A DNA stretch of 64,000 nt, from positions 99,633-163,632 of the forward strand of contig OZ244906.1 of the NCBI GenBank assembly GCA_965221655.1, written 5' to 3'. Source of the stretch: a bacterium (GTDB lineage Bacteria; UBA8248). Of the stretch, positions 11,241 through 19,113 are shown one piece after another; the first letter of the stretch is position 1; each line of letters starts with the position of its first letter. Below the pieces are notes generated by a model. It did not search any database. It was given only the letters and a program-made list of their open reading frames with translations, and was not told the origin of the DNA. The position numbers and the translations under genes are program-made.

Positions 11241-11449
11241 CGCCGCCTCGCCGGGTTCGTGCGTTTCGCAGGCAGGTGCTCGCGTCTATAGAGCGCATGA
11301 TACCACAGCTGCGCGCGGGGAGGCCGGGGGAGAACCTGCGCGTGTCGATACGATAGCAACCCCTTTCGTTGCGGCGTGCGCCGCCTTGGCCCTACAATGG
11401 CGCATCGTTTCGGGCATGACGGCGGTTTGGCCTCTGGGCAGGGCGGAAA

Positions 11450-12439
11450 ATGGTGAGCGTGGCGACGTTGCAGGAAGGCGAGCGCTTCGATGCGTTTTTC
11501 AGAATCAAGGAGTACGGCGCGCGCGTGAGCCGGGCGGGCAGGGAGTATCTCGACCTATCGCTCGAGGACGCAACGGGCGAAGTGCCCGCCAAGGTCTGGG
11601 AGCCCGCCAACCAGGTGGTGGACGCGGTGGAGGCGGGCGACTTCGTCAAGGTGCGCGCCGTGGCGGAGAATTATCAGGATCGCCTGCAGCTGCGCGTGGA
11701 GCGCATCCGCCGCGTGAGCGATCAGGACCACGAGAGCGGCTTTCGCCGCGAGGACTGCGTGCCGTCCACCCCCTACGACGTCGACGTCATGTGGGAAGAA
11801 GCGAAGCGCATCGCCGCGGCGCGCCACCCGCTCGTGGCCGCCTTCCTCACCGCCATACTGAACGCGTATGAGGAGAAGTTCCGCGAGTGGCCCGCCTCCC
11901 AGCGGATTCACCATCCCTACCTGGGCGGGTTGCTCGAGCACACCCTCTCTGTGACGAAGACGTGCCTCTACCTCGCGGAGAAGTACGACGTGTCGAAGGA
12001 CCTCCTCGTCGCGGGCGCACTCCTGCACGACGTCGGCAAGTTCGAAGAGCTCTCCACCGAGGGCGCCACGCACTACACCGCCGCGGGCCGCCTGCTCGGC
12101 CACGTGGTGCTGGGGCGCGACGTCGTGCGCGACTGGGGGCGGCGCGCGGACGTTCTCCCCGAAGGGGAGGAGCTGCCCGCGGATTTTCTCCTCCACCTCG
12201 AGCACCTCATTCTCTCCCACCAGGGACAGCCCGAGTGGGGCACGGTGAAAGTGCCCATGTCCGCCGAAGCGTTACTGCTCCACTATGCCGACGACATGGA
12301 TGCGAAGGTCAACCTGCTCCAGCGCGCCGTGGCGGCCTCCCGGGGGGAGGGGGAGTTTACGGAGAGAAGCCACGTCATGGCGCGCGCGTTTTATAAGGGC
12401 GGCCCGCCCCTGCCGCCCGCGGAGCCGGGCGATGACTGA
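11450..12439 (+). CDS. yhaM: OB-fold + HD-domain 3'-5' exoribonuclease, YhaM-like
   Basis: N-terminal OB fold (DLSLEDATGEVPAKVWEP...GDFVKVRAVAENYQDRLQLRV), then an HD domain (HHPYLGGLLEHTL...ALLHDVGK...HLILSHQG). Confidence 0.8.
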   Translation: MVSVATLQEGERFDAFFRIKEYGARVSRAGREYLDLSLEDATGEVPAKVWEPANQVVDAVEAGDFVKVRAVAENYQDRLQLRVERIRRVSDQDHESGFRREDCVPSTPYDVDVMWEEAKRIAAARHPLVAAFLTAILNAYEEKFREWPASQRIHHPYLGGLLEHTLSVTKTCLYLAEKYDVSKDLLVAGALLHDVGKFEELSTEGATHYTAAGRLLGHVVLGRDVVRDWGRRADVLPEGEELPADFLLHLEHLILSHQGQPEWGTVKVPMSAEALLLHYADDMDAKVNLLQRAVAASRGEGEFTERSHVMARAFYKGGPPLPPAEPGDD

Positions 12440-13325
12440 GAACGCGCGCTCGATAATGAACGCGCAGACGAGGCGCATCGTCATGCTGGCGGTGGACCAC
12501 GGCTATTTCCAGGGGCCGACCTCAGGGCTGGAAGAACCCGCGAAGACTCTCACGCCTCTCTTGCCGCATTGCGACGCCATCAGCCCGACGAAGGGCGTCT
12601 TTTTGCACTGCGTGCCGCCGGAGAGTGCGACGCCCGTCGTCCTGCGGGCTTCGGGCGGCAACGCCATCGTCTATTCCGACCCGGTGGAGCTTGAGCGCGA
12701 GGTGCGCGCCCGCGGAGCGGGTATGGAGGATGAGGGCGCCCTCGCCGCCCTGCGTGCGCAGGTGGCCGAGGACATCGTGAACCGCGAGCTCTCGAACGAG
12801 GGCATCACCGTCTCGGCGGCAGAAGCCGCGCGCCTGGGCGTGGCGGGCGTGTCGGTGTCGATATACGTGGGCGCGCGCTACCAGAAGCAATCCATCCTGA
12901 ATCTCGCGCGCATGAGTGATGAGGGACGCGCGGCGGGCCTGCTCGTCCTGGGCATCACCGCGGTCGGCAAGGAGATGACGCGCGACGCGCGCTACCTCGG
13001 CCTCGCCGCGCGCATCGCGGCGGAGCACGGGGCCGACGTCGTCAAGACCTACTACTGCGAGGGGTTCGAGAAGGTGGTGCGCGGCTGCTTCGCGCCCATC
13101 GTCATCGCGGGCGGCAAGAAGGTGCCCGAACGCGAGGCGCTCGCGTTTTGCCGCCGCGCCATCGACGCGGGCGCGGCGGGTGTGGACATGGGCAGAAACA
13201 TATTCCAGAGCGAACGCCCCCTCGCCATGCTCCGCGCGGTGCGCGGCGTGGTGCACGACGACCTCACTCCCGACGCCGCCTACGAGATGTTCCGCGACCT
13301 GGGCGCGGCCTCCCCGCGCACCTGA
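12432..13325 (+). CDS. class-I aldolase of the DhnA/FbaB/LsrF family
   Basis: ORF 12285..13325; ATG 12432 overlaps the yhaM-like stop (ATGACTGA). Motifs VDHGYFQGP, GADVVKTYY (Schiff-base Lys context), VIAGGKK, GRNIFQ. Confidence 0.75.
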   Translation: MTENARSIMNAQTRRIVMLAVDHGYFQGPTSGLEEPAKTLTPLLPHCDAISPTKGVFLHCVPPESATPVVLRASGGNAIVYSDPVELEREVRARGAGMEDEGALAALRAQVAEDIVNRELSNEGITVSAAEAARLGVAGVSVSIYVGARYQKQSILNLARMSDEGRAAGLLVLGITAVGKEMTRDARYLGLAARIAAEHGADVVKTYYCEGFEKVVRGCFAPIVIAGGKKVPEREALAFCRRAIDAGAAGVDMGRNIFQSERPLAMLRAVRGVVHDDLTPDAAYEMFRDLGAASPRT

Positions 13326-13342
13326 ACGCAGGCGAGCCGTAC

Positions 13343-14380
13343 ATGCCCGAAACGCGCGCCGCCATGCGGGCGGCAGTCTACTACCGAAACGACGACGTGC
13401 GCGTGGAGGAGGTTCCCAGGCCGCGCGCGGGTACGGGCGAGCTGCTCATACGCACGCGCGCCTCTGGCATCTGCGGCAGCGACGTGATGGAGTGGTACCG
13501 CGTCAAGACCGCACCCCGCGTGCTGGGCCACGAGGTGGCGGGCGTCGTGGTCGAGGCGGGTGCGGGGGTGGAGGCGTTTCGCACGGGCGATCGCGTCTGC
13601 GTTACCCACCACGTGCCCTGCAACTGCTGCGACTATTGCCTGCGCGGGCACCACACCGCCTGCGCCACGCTCAAGCGCACCCATTTCGACCCCGGCGGCT
13701 TCGCCGAGTTCATCCGCATACCGGCCATCAACGTGGCGAGCGGGACGTTCCGCCTCCCCGATGAAGTTTCCGACGAGGCGGCCGTGTTCGTCGAACCGCT
13801 CGGCTGCGTCCTGCGCGGCTGGCGCGGCTTCCGGATGACGCCGGGGCTGAGCGTCCTGGTGGTGGGAAGCGGCATGTCCGGGCTGTTGCACGTACAACTC
13901 GCCCGCGCTTTGGGGGCGGGGCGCATATTCGCGGCGGATATAGAACCGTATCGTCTCGAGGCCGCGGCGCGCTTCGGTGCGCATCCCCTCTCCGCGCGAG
14001 AGGACGTGGCCGCGGCTTTGCGCGCGGCGAACGAGGGGCGCCTTGCGGACCGCGTCGTGCTGTGCGCGGGCGCACCCGCCGCTCTCGATACGGCACTGGC
14101 CTGCGCGGCACCCTGCGGCGTCGTGCAGTTGTTCGCCCCCACGCCGCCCGACCACCGCCCACAGATGGACTTGCACCGCATCTGGAGCGAGCAAATCGCC
14201 CTCACCACCACCTACGGCGCAGCCCCGCTCGATTTGCAAGAAGCCCTGGCGATGATTCGCCACCGCCGCGTCGAGGTTGAGGAGATGATTACCCACACAC
14301 TCCCCCTCGCCGACGCCCAGGAGGGTTTTCGCCTCGTCGCCCGCGCGGGCGCATCCCTCAAGGTGGTGCTTCGGCCGTGA
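13343..14380 (+). CDS. zinc-dependent medium-chain alcohol dehydrogenase (threonine/sorbitol dehydrogenase-like)
   Basis: ORF 13148..14380; ATG 13343. Motifs GICGSDV, GHEVAGVV, structural-zinc cysteines CNCCDYCLRGHHTAC, Rossmann VVGSGMSG. Confidence 0.85.
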   Translation: MPETRAAMRAAVYYRNDDVRVEEVPRPRAGTGELLIRTRASGICGSDVMEWYRVKTAPRVLGHEVAGVVVEAGAGVEAFRTGDRVCVTHHVPCNCCDYCLRGHHTACATLKRTHFDPGGFAEFIRIPAINVASGTFRLPDEVSDEAAVFVEPLGCVLRGWRGFRMTPGLSVLVVGSGMSGLLHVQLARALGAGRIFAADIEPYRLEAAARFGAHPLSAREDVAAALRAANEGRLADRVVLCAGAPAALDTALACAAPCGVVQLFAPTPPDHRPQMDLHRIWSEQIALTTTYGAAPLDLQEALAMIRHRRVEVEEMITHTLPLADAQEGFRLVARAGASLKVVLRP

Positions 14381-14414
14381 GGGGGAAATTTGCGCAACTC
14401 CATGGAGGCTGAAC

Positions 14415-15020
14415 ATGGCTCTTTTTCTCGGATACGATCCCGGCGGTAAGGATAAAAATGGTGTCGTTGCGGTTGAAATCGATGAGGATGGAAGCCTCGC
14501 GGGAGAGCCTGAGCATAAAGTTTTGTGTGATGCCGACGAGGTGCGAGACTGGCTGGATGGTTACCTTTCGGCCAAGGCGATAGGGATTGATACGCTACTT
14601 GCCTGGTCTTTCCGAGGCCGTCGCGATTGCGATGATGCACTCCGCGAGCGTTATAAAAAACACGGGCAAACCGTTGTCCAGCAGAATTCTCTTTATAGTG
14701 CAATGACGCTCAACGGCGCCCTCGTTGCCCTGGCTGCCCGGGATCGTGGGCTTCCACTCATCGAAAGCCACCCGAAACTTCTCCTCAAGGCAAACCTGCT
14801 TCCCGGCGACCTGGTTGCTCGCCACAAAAAGTTGAAGAGGGAATACGCTCAAAGAGACCACGTGGCCGATGCGCTTGTCGCCGCATGGTGCGCCTCCCGG
14901 TGGCATTTCAAACGTTGGCGAGTGAACCTTTACGAGGCGTTTGGCGACTCCAAGGCGTTGCACTTTCCGGCGGGAGACGCCTGCTATCCATGGCCGGAGG
15001 CGGTGCCCTGCCCGGACTGA
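14415..15020 (+). CDS. RNase-H-fold predicted nuclease (DUF429-like / RuvC-like), function unknown
   Basis: 201 aa, with GGAGG 6 nt before the ATG. The acidic/His motifs occur in RNase-H-fold order: LGYDPGG, IGIDTLLAW, ESHPK, HVADALVAAWCA. The family call comes from motif pattern only. Confidence 0.6.
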   Translation: MALFLGYDPGGKDKNGVVAVEIDEDGSLAGEPEHKVLCDADEVRDWLDGYLSAKAIGIDTLLAWSFRGRRDCDDALRERYKKHGQTVVQQNSLYSAMTLNGALVALAARDRGLPLIESHPKLLLKANLLPGDLVARHKKLKREYAQRDHVADALVAAWCASRWHFKRWRVNLYEAFGDSKALHFPAGDACYPWPEAVPCPD

Positions 15021-15089
15021 CTTCGTCTTGTCCGTAGGAGGGGTGAATCTTGCGCGGACATACGGGAAGGAATAAAATTTCGTCGAAGC

Positions 15090-15118
15090 TTGAGGTACGT
15101 GGGCAGCAACCCTATTTT
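15090..15118 (+). promoter_or_regulatory. candidate sigma70-type promoter for the 87-aa ORF
   Basis: TTGAGG (15090-15095), 17 nt spacer, TATTTT (15113-15118), within the AT-rich 150-nt spacer. Confidence 0.4.
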
Positions 15119-15171
15119 ATATGAGCGCTTTCATTCATATTTCATAATGATAACGCAAGGGAGAGAAGGTC

Positions 15172-15435
15172 ATGACGGAGTTTGAAGCGGCGTCGCTGTT
15201 GTTCTACGCAATACAGTGCCTGCTCATCTGGACGGGCATCAGGCAGATGGGGCGCGCCTCGGAAAGGCGCGAGAAGGCGGAGACGCAGCGCCACGAGGAG
15301 CTGATGAGTTCCATGGCGCGCGCTTACGAAGCGAATGAAAGAGAGGGAGCACGCCGCCACGAGGAGACGATGGTCTCTCTTAAGGCGATGATCGCATCCT
15401 TAACGGCCATGACCGAGAAGATGGCGCGATCGTAG
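15172..15435 (+). CDS. small membrane-anchored coiled-coil protein with a 22-residue internal repeat, function unknown
   Basis: 87 aa, with GGGAGAGAAGG before the ATG. One N-terminal hydrophobic helix (AASLLFYAIQCLLIWTGI), then a charged helical tail. The 12-mer CGCCACGAGGAG recurs at 15289-15300 and 15355-15366 (66 nt apart), encoding RHEE(L/T)M twice. A strong terminator follows. Confidence 0.6.
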   Translation: MTEFEAASLLFYAIQCLLIWTGIRQMGRASERREKAETQRHEELMSSMARAYEANEREGARRHEETMVSLKAMIASLTAMTEKMARS

Positions 15436-15460
15436 CCTCCACTCCCGCCGGCGCATCGCG

Positions 15461-15493
15461 GCCTCCGTCCTTTGAGGGACGGGGGCTTTTTTT
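15461..15493 (+). terminator. rho-independent terminator ending the islet
   Basis: 10-bp stem: GCCTCCGTCC (15461-15470) pairs with GGACGGGGGC (15477-15486), including one G-U pair. The loop is TTTGAG, followed by T7 (15487-15493). It lies 5 nt before the convergent recD2 stop. Confidence 0.8.
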
Positions 15494-15497
15494 GCTT

Positions 15498-18020
15498 CTA
15501 CTCCTCCACCGGGTGGTAGGTGAGTTCGTCCGCGTCGGGGAAGTCGTCCCCGCTGAGGGGATCGTCCGCATCCGCCGAAAAATCCTCCCCGCCCCCGATC
15601 GCTTCTTCCTCATACACGGAATCGGGCGGTTCGCCCCCTGCGTAGTGGGCGTCGTCGCCCATCGTGTCTTCTTCTGTGGCCGGGGCGGGGGCCGGCGCGG
15701 GGAGGGGCGGGCGGTTCGCCTCGCGGCGGATGCGCTCGGGCAGGCCGCTCCACCGCTGGCGCACGCGTGCGTTGCCCACCGCGATGCCGAGTGCCTTCTT
15801 CGTCCCGACGAGCACGACGAGCCGCTGCGCGCGCGTGAGGGCAGTGTAGACCAGGTTGCGCTGCAGCATCGGGTAGTGCTGGGTGTGAAGCGGTATGACG
15901 ACGGCGGGGTATTCGCTCCCCTGGCTCTTGTGGACGGTGATGGCGTAGGCGTGCACCACCTCATCGAGGGCGGAGCGCGTGTAATCGACGAGGCGCGCGT
16001 CGAAGGCCACGCGAATGCCGCCCTCCTCGGTCGAGACGCTGCGCACGACGCCGATGTCGCCGTTGAACACGTCCTTCTCGTAGTTGTTGCGCACCTGGAT
16101 GACCTTATCCCCGGTGCGGAACGCCCGCCCTCCGCTCTGAAGAGCAGTGCCGCCCGCGGGGTTGAGCGTCTCCTGGAGGCGTCCGTTGAGGCTTTGTACG
16201 CCGAGTACGCCGCGCTGCATGGGGGAGATGACCTGTACGTCCTTTATCGGGTCGAGGCCGAAGCGTTCGGGAATGCGCTCGCGGCACAGTTCGACGAGTA
16301 AGTCCGCGCAGCGCTCCGCCTCGCTCTCCTCGATGAAGTAATAGTCGAGCGGCGCGCCGTCTGCCCCCGGCTTGCCGCCGCGGGGCATCTCGCCGCGGTT
16401 GACGCGGTGGGCGTTCTCGACGATGAGGCTCTCACTCGATTGGCGAAACACTTCCTTAAGCCGCACCACTTTGGGGGTTTCGGAGGCGATGACGTCGCCC
16501 AGCACGTTGCCGGGACCCACCGAGGGGAGCTGATCCACGTCGCCCACCATCACGAGCGTCGCCGCGTCGGGCACCGCGCGGAGCAGATGCGCCGTCAGGT
16601 GCACGTCGAGCATCGAGGCTTCATCCACGATCATGACGTCGGCGGTCAGGGGATTTTCCGCGTCGCGCGTGAAGCCGCCCGCGTGCCAGCTGAACTCGAG
16701 CAGCCTGTGTATGGTGCCTGCCTCGTGTCCCGTCACCTCAGAGAGCCGCTTGGCCGCCCGGCCCGTGGGCGCGCCGAGCACGACCTCGAGGCCGAGTTTC
16801 GCGTAGAGGCTCGTTACGGCGCTCACGATGGTCGTTTTGCCCGTACCGGGGCCGCCCGTTACGACGAGCACCTTATCGGTGAGCGCGCCCTCTATCGCGG
16901 CTCCCTGCGCCTCGTTGGCCACGCCGCCCTCGAGTGCGCGCCGGGCGAGGGCGCGCAGACGCTCGGTGGTGTTGGCCCCCGGTGCGCCCTCACCCCGCAG
17001 GGCGGTTTGCAGGCGCGCCTCATCCCGCGGGCTCTGGATGAGCGTCGCCAGGCGGCGGGCGACCTCGCACTCGGCCGCGTAGAGCGGGCGCGCGTAGACG
17101 CGCTTGTTCGCGGAGGAGGAGAGGTTTTCGCTCAGGTGGGCCGATTCGATGACCAGCGAGCCGCCCTTGCCCAGACCGTCCAGGGTCGCGGCCAAGGCGT
17201 CCTCTTCCGTCTCGAGCATCTCGGCGGCGGCCTCGACCAAATCGGCGTAGGGCAGGAAGGAGTGCCCCTCCTGCTCGGCGAGTTGGTTCAGCACGTAGAA
17301 GGCGCCGGCCTCGAGCCGCGCGGGGGCGTCGGCGGGAATTCCCAGACGGCGGGCGATGCGGTCCGCACTCTTGAAGCCCACGCCGTGAATCTCCGCCGCC
17401 AGTCGATAGGGGTCGCCGCGCACCACCTGAATGGCGTTCGCGCCGTAGGTTCTCAGAATCTTCTCCGACAAATGGAGCGGAACGTCGTATTGCCGCAGGA
17501 AGAGCATGATCTCCTTGACCTCGCTCTGGCTCTTCCAGCTCTCCACGATGCTCTCGAGCTTCTTCGCCCCCAGGCCGTTCACCTCCTGCAAGCGTTCGGG
17601 TTGGTTGTCGAGCACGTCGAGTGATTTCTCGCCGAAATGCTCGACGATGCGCCGGGCCAGGGCGGGGCCGATGTTCTTGATGATGCCCGAGGCGAGGTAT
17701 TTCTCGATGCCCTCAAGCGTGGTGGGCGGCAGGGGGTTTGCGCTTTGTGCGTGAAACTGGCGGCCGAAGCGGGGATGCTCCTTCCAGTCTCCCGCGAAGC
17801 GCACGCGCTCGCCCTCGCGGATGGAGGAGAGGTGGCCCACCACGGCCACGCGCGCGAAATCCGCGTTGTCGGGCTGTACGAGCAGCACGCTGTAGCCCGT
17901 GTCCTCGGCGCGAAAGCGAATCCGCTCCACCGTGCCGACGAGCTCGCCGCCATCTGCCGGAAACAGTCGCCCCTGGGGGGGCTGTGCTGCGGGGCGGCGT
18001 GTTGCGGGCTTGCGCGTCAT
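15498..18020 (-). CDS. recD2: RecD2-type SF1B ATP-dependent DNA helicase
   Basis: 840 aa. Walker A VTGGPGTGKTT, DEASMLD, VGDVDQLPSVGPG, TVHKSQGSEYP. N-terminal OB/HhH region. C-terminal PAPAPAPA linker plus an acidic tail. Confidence 0.9.
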   Translation of the reverse strand: MTRKPATRRPAAQPPQGRLFPADGGELVGTVERIRFRAEDTGYSVLLVQPDNADFARVAVVGHLSSIREGERVRFAGDWKEHPRFGRQFHAQSANPLPPTTLEGIEKYLASGIIKNIGPALARRIVEHFGEKSLDVLDNQPERLQEVNGLGAKKLESIVESWKSQSEVKEIMLFLRQYDVPLHLSEKILRTYGANAIQVVRGDPYRLAAEIHGVGFKSADRIARRLGIPADAPARLEAGAFYVLNQLAEQEGHSFLPYADLVEAAAEMLETEEDALAATLDGLGKGGSLVIESAHLSENLSSSANKRVYARPLYAAECEVARRLATLIQSPRDEARLQTALRGEGAPGANTTERLRALARRALEGGVANEAQGAAIEGALTDKVLVVTGGPGTGKTTIVSAVTSLYAKLGLEVVLGAPTGRAAKRLSEVTGHEAGTIHRLLEFSWHAGGFTRDAENPLTADVMIVDEASMLDVHLTAHLLRAVPDAATLVMVGDVDQLPSVGPGNVLGDVIASETPKVVRLKEVFRQSSESLIVENAHRVNRGEMPRGGKPGADGAPLDYYFIEESEAERCADLLVELCRERIPERFGLDPIKDVQVISPMQRGVLGVQSLNGRLQETLNPAGGTALQSGGRAFRTGDKVIQVRNNYEKDVFNGDIGVVRSVSTEEGGIRVAFDARLVDYTRSALDEVVHAYAITVHKSQGSEYPAVVIPLHTQHYPMLQRNLVYTALTRAQRLVVLVGTKKALGIAVGNARVRQRWSGLPERIRREANRPPLPAPAPAPATEEDTMGDDAHYAGGEPPDSVYEEEAIGGGEDFSADADDPLSGDDFPDADELTYHPVEE

Positions 18021-18069
18021 GGGTCGTTCCTGCTCGTTTCGGGGCGGGCGGTGTTGCGGCTGCTTAGGA

Positions 18070-18903
18070 TTAGGCGCCTCTCTCGTGCGCCTTCGCTTCG
18101 TTCCAAAGGGCTTCGAGCTCCTCGGGCGATACCTCCTCGGGCGAGAGCCCCCTGGTGCGCAGGGCGTCTTCTATGTGGTGAAAGCGCGCGGTGAAGCGCG
18201 CGACGGCGGCGCGGGCCGCACCCTCTGCATTCACGCCGAGTTTGCGGGCGAGGTTCACGGCGGCGAAGAGAAAATCGCCCATCTCCTCCTCGAGTGCCTG
18301 CGCGTCGCCCGTGCGCATCGCCGCTCCGAGTTCCGCCCATTCCTCCTCCACCTTGTCTGCCGCCCCCGCGGCGTCGGGCCAGTCGAACCCCACGCGCGAG
18401 GCCTTTCCCTGAAGCCTCTGGGCGCGCTGTAAGGCGGGCATGGCGGCCGGCACGCCGTCGAGAATGGAGGCGGCCTCGTTCTTCGCCCCGGAGCGGACCT
18501 TCCTCTTGTTGATCTCCCAGTTCCTGAGCACCTCGCCGCTGGTGTCGGCCGGGGTGTCCCCGAACACGTGGGGGTGGCGGTCGACCATCTTCTGGGCGAG
18601 GGCGCGGGCCGTTTCGTCGGCGTCGAAAAGCCCTTGTTCCTCGGCGAGGCGGCAGTGAAAGAGCACCTGGAGGAGCAGGTCGCCCAACTCCTCTTTCAGC
18701 ATGTCGGGGTCGCCCGCCTCGACGGCCTCCATCACCTCGTAGGCTTCTTCGACGAGGTAGGGCTTGAGGGTGTGGTGGTCCTGTTCCCTGTCCCAGGGAC
18801 AGCCGTCGGGCGCCCGGAGGCGGGCCATCACCTCCACGGCGCGCTCGAAACCGCTTTTCTTCTCGCTCAAGGCGCACCTCACGTGCGGGGAATTCCGGCG
18901 CAC
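18070..18903 (-). CDS. mazG: nucleoside triphosphate pyrophosphohydrolase MazG
   Basis: RLRAPDGCPWDREQDHHTLKPYLVEEAYEV...ELGDLLLQV, and a second MazG repeat EEWAELG...EEEMGDFLFAAVNLAR. GTG start at 18903. Confidence 0.9.
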   Translation of the reverse strand: MRRNSPHVRCALSEKKSGFERAVEVMARLRAPDGCPWDREQDHHTLKPYLVEEAYEVMEAVEAGDPDMLKEELGDLLLQVLFHCRLAEEQGLFDADETARALAQKMVDRHPHVFGDTPADTSGEVLRNWEINKRKVRSGAKNEAASILDGVPAAMPALQRAQRLQGKASRVGFDWPDAAGAADKVEEEWAELGAAMRTGDAQALEEEMGDFLFAAVNLARKLGVNAEGAARAAVARFTARFHHIEDALRTRGLSPEEVSPEELEALWNEAKAHERGA

Positions 18904-19054
18904 CGAAGTATACGCGCAACCCCCGGTGCGGGCAACGAGGCGGGTTGCGGCGGGGCGGCCGGCCCCGCCCGAGGCGCTCGGTTCCTACAAAGGGGTTTTA
19001 GCCCATGATATAGGATGATTTGCACGTGCAGACACAAAATATTGTGGTTTGCGC

Positions 19055-19083
19055 TTGACATATCGCGCCAAATGATGGAAATT
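19055..19083 (+). promoter_or_regulatory. candidate promoter for mutL
   Basis: TTGACA (19055-19060), 17 nt spacer, GAAATT (19078-19083), in an AT-rich divergent intergenic region. The -10 element is weak. Confidence 0.3.
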
Positions 19084-19113
19084 GCACTTTTGACGGCCCA
19101 TGAGGAATTTCCC

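Larger units (their letters stand above)
14381..15497. other. low-GC two-gene islet (probable horizontally acquired cargo)
   Basis: Hand counts: 29/60 G+C at 14401-14460, 26/60 at 15061-15120 and 25/60 at 15121-15180, against 43/60 at 13381-13440. Bounded by the ADH stop (14380) and the recD2 stop (15498). Confidence 0.65.

Noticed and set aside
14595-14963. 122-aa ORF antisense to the DUF429-like gene.
   Set aside because: It has no SD and no recognisable motifs, whereas the sense-strand ORF has an ideal SD and an ordered catalytic-motif pattern.
15121-15147. 8-codon mini-ORF (MSAFIHIS*) in the islet spacer.
   Set aside because: It has no SD and lies at or upstream of the predicted transcription start, so nothing supports translation.
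14403-15441. 8-bp inverted repeat flanking the low-GC islet, TGGAGGCT at 14403-14410 and AGCCTCCA at 15434-15441.
   Set aside because: It is too short to separate from chance. The left arm is simply the Shine-Dalgarno sequence of the first islet gene, so it is not good evidence for terminal inverted repeats.
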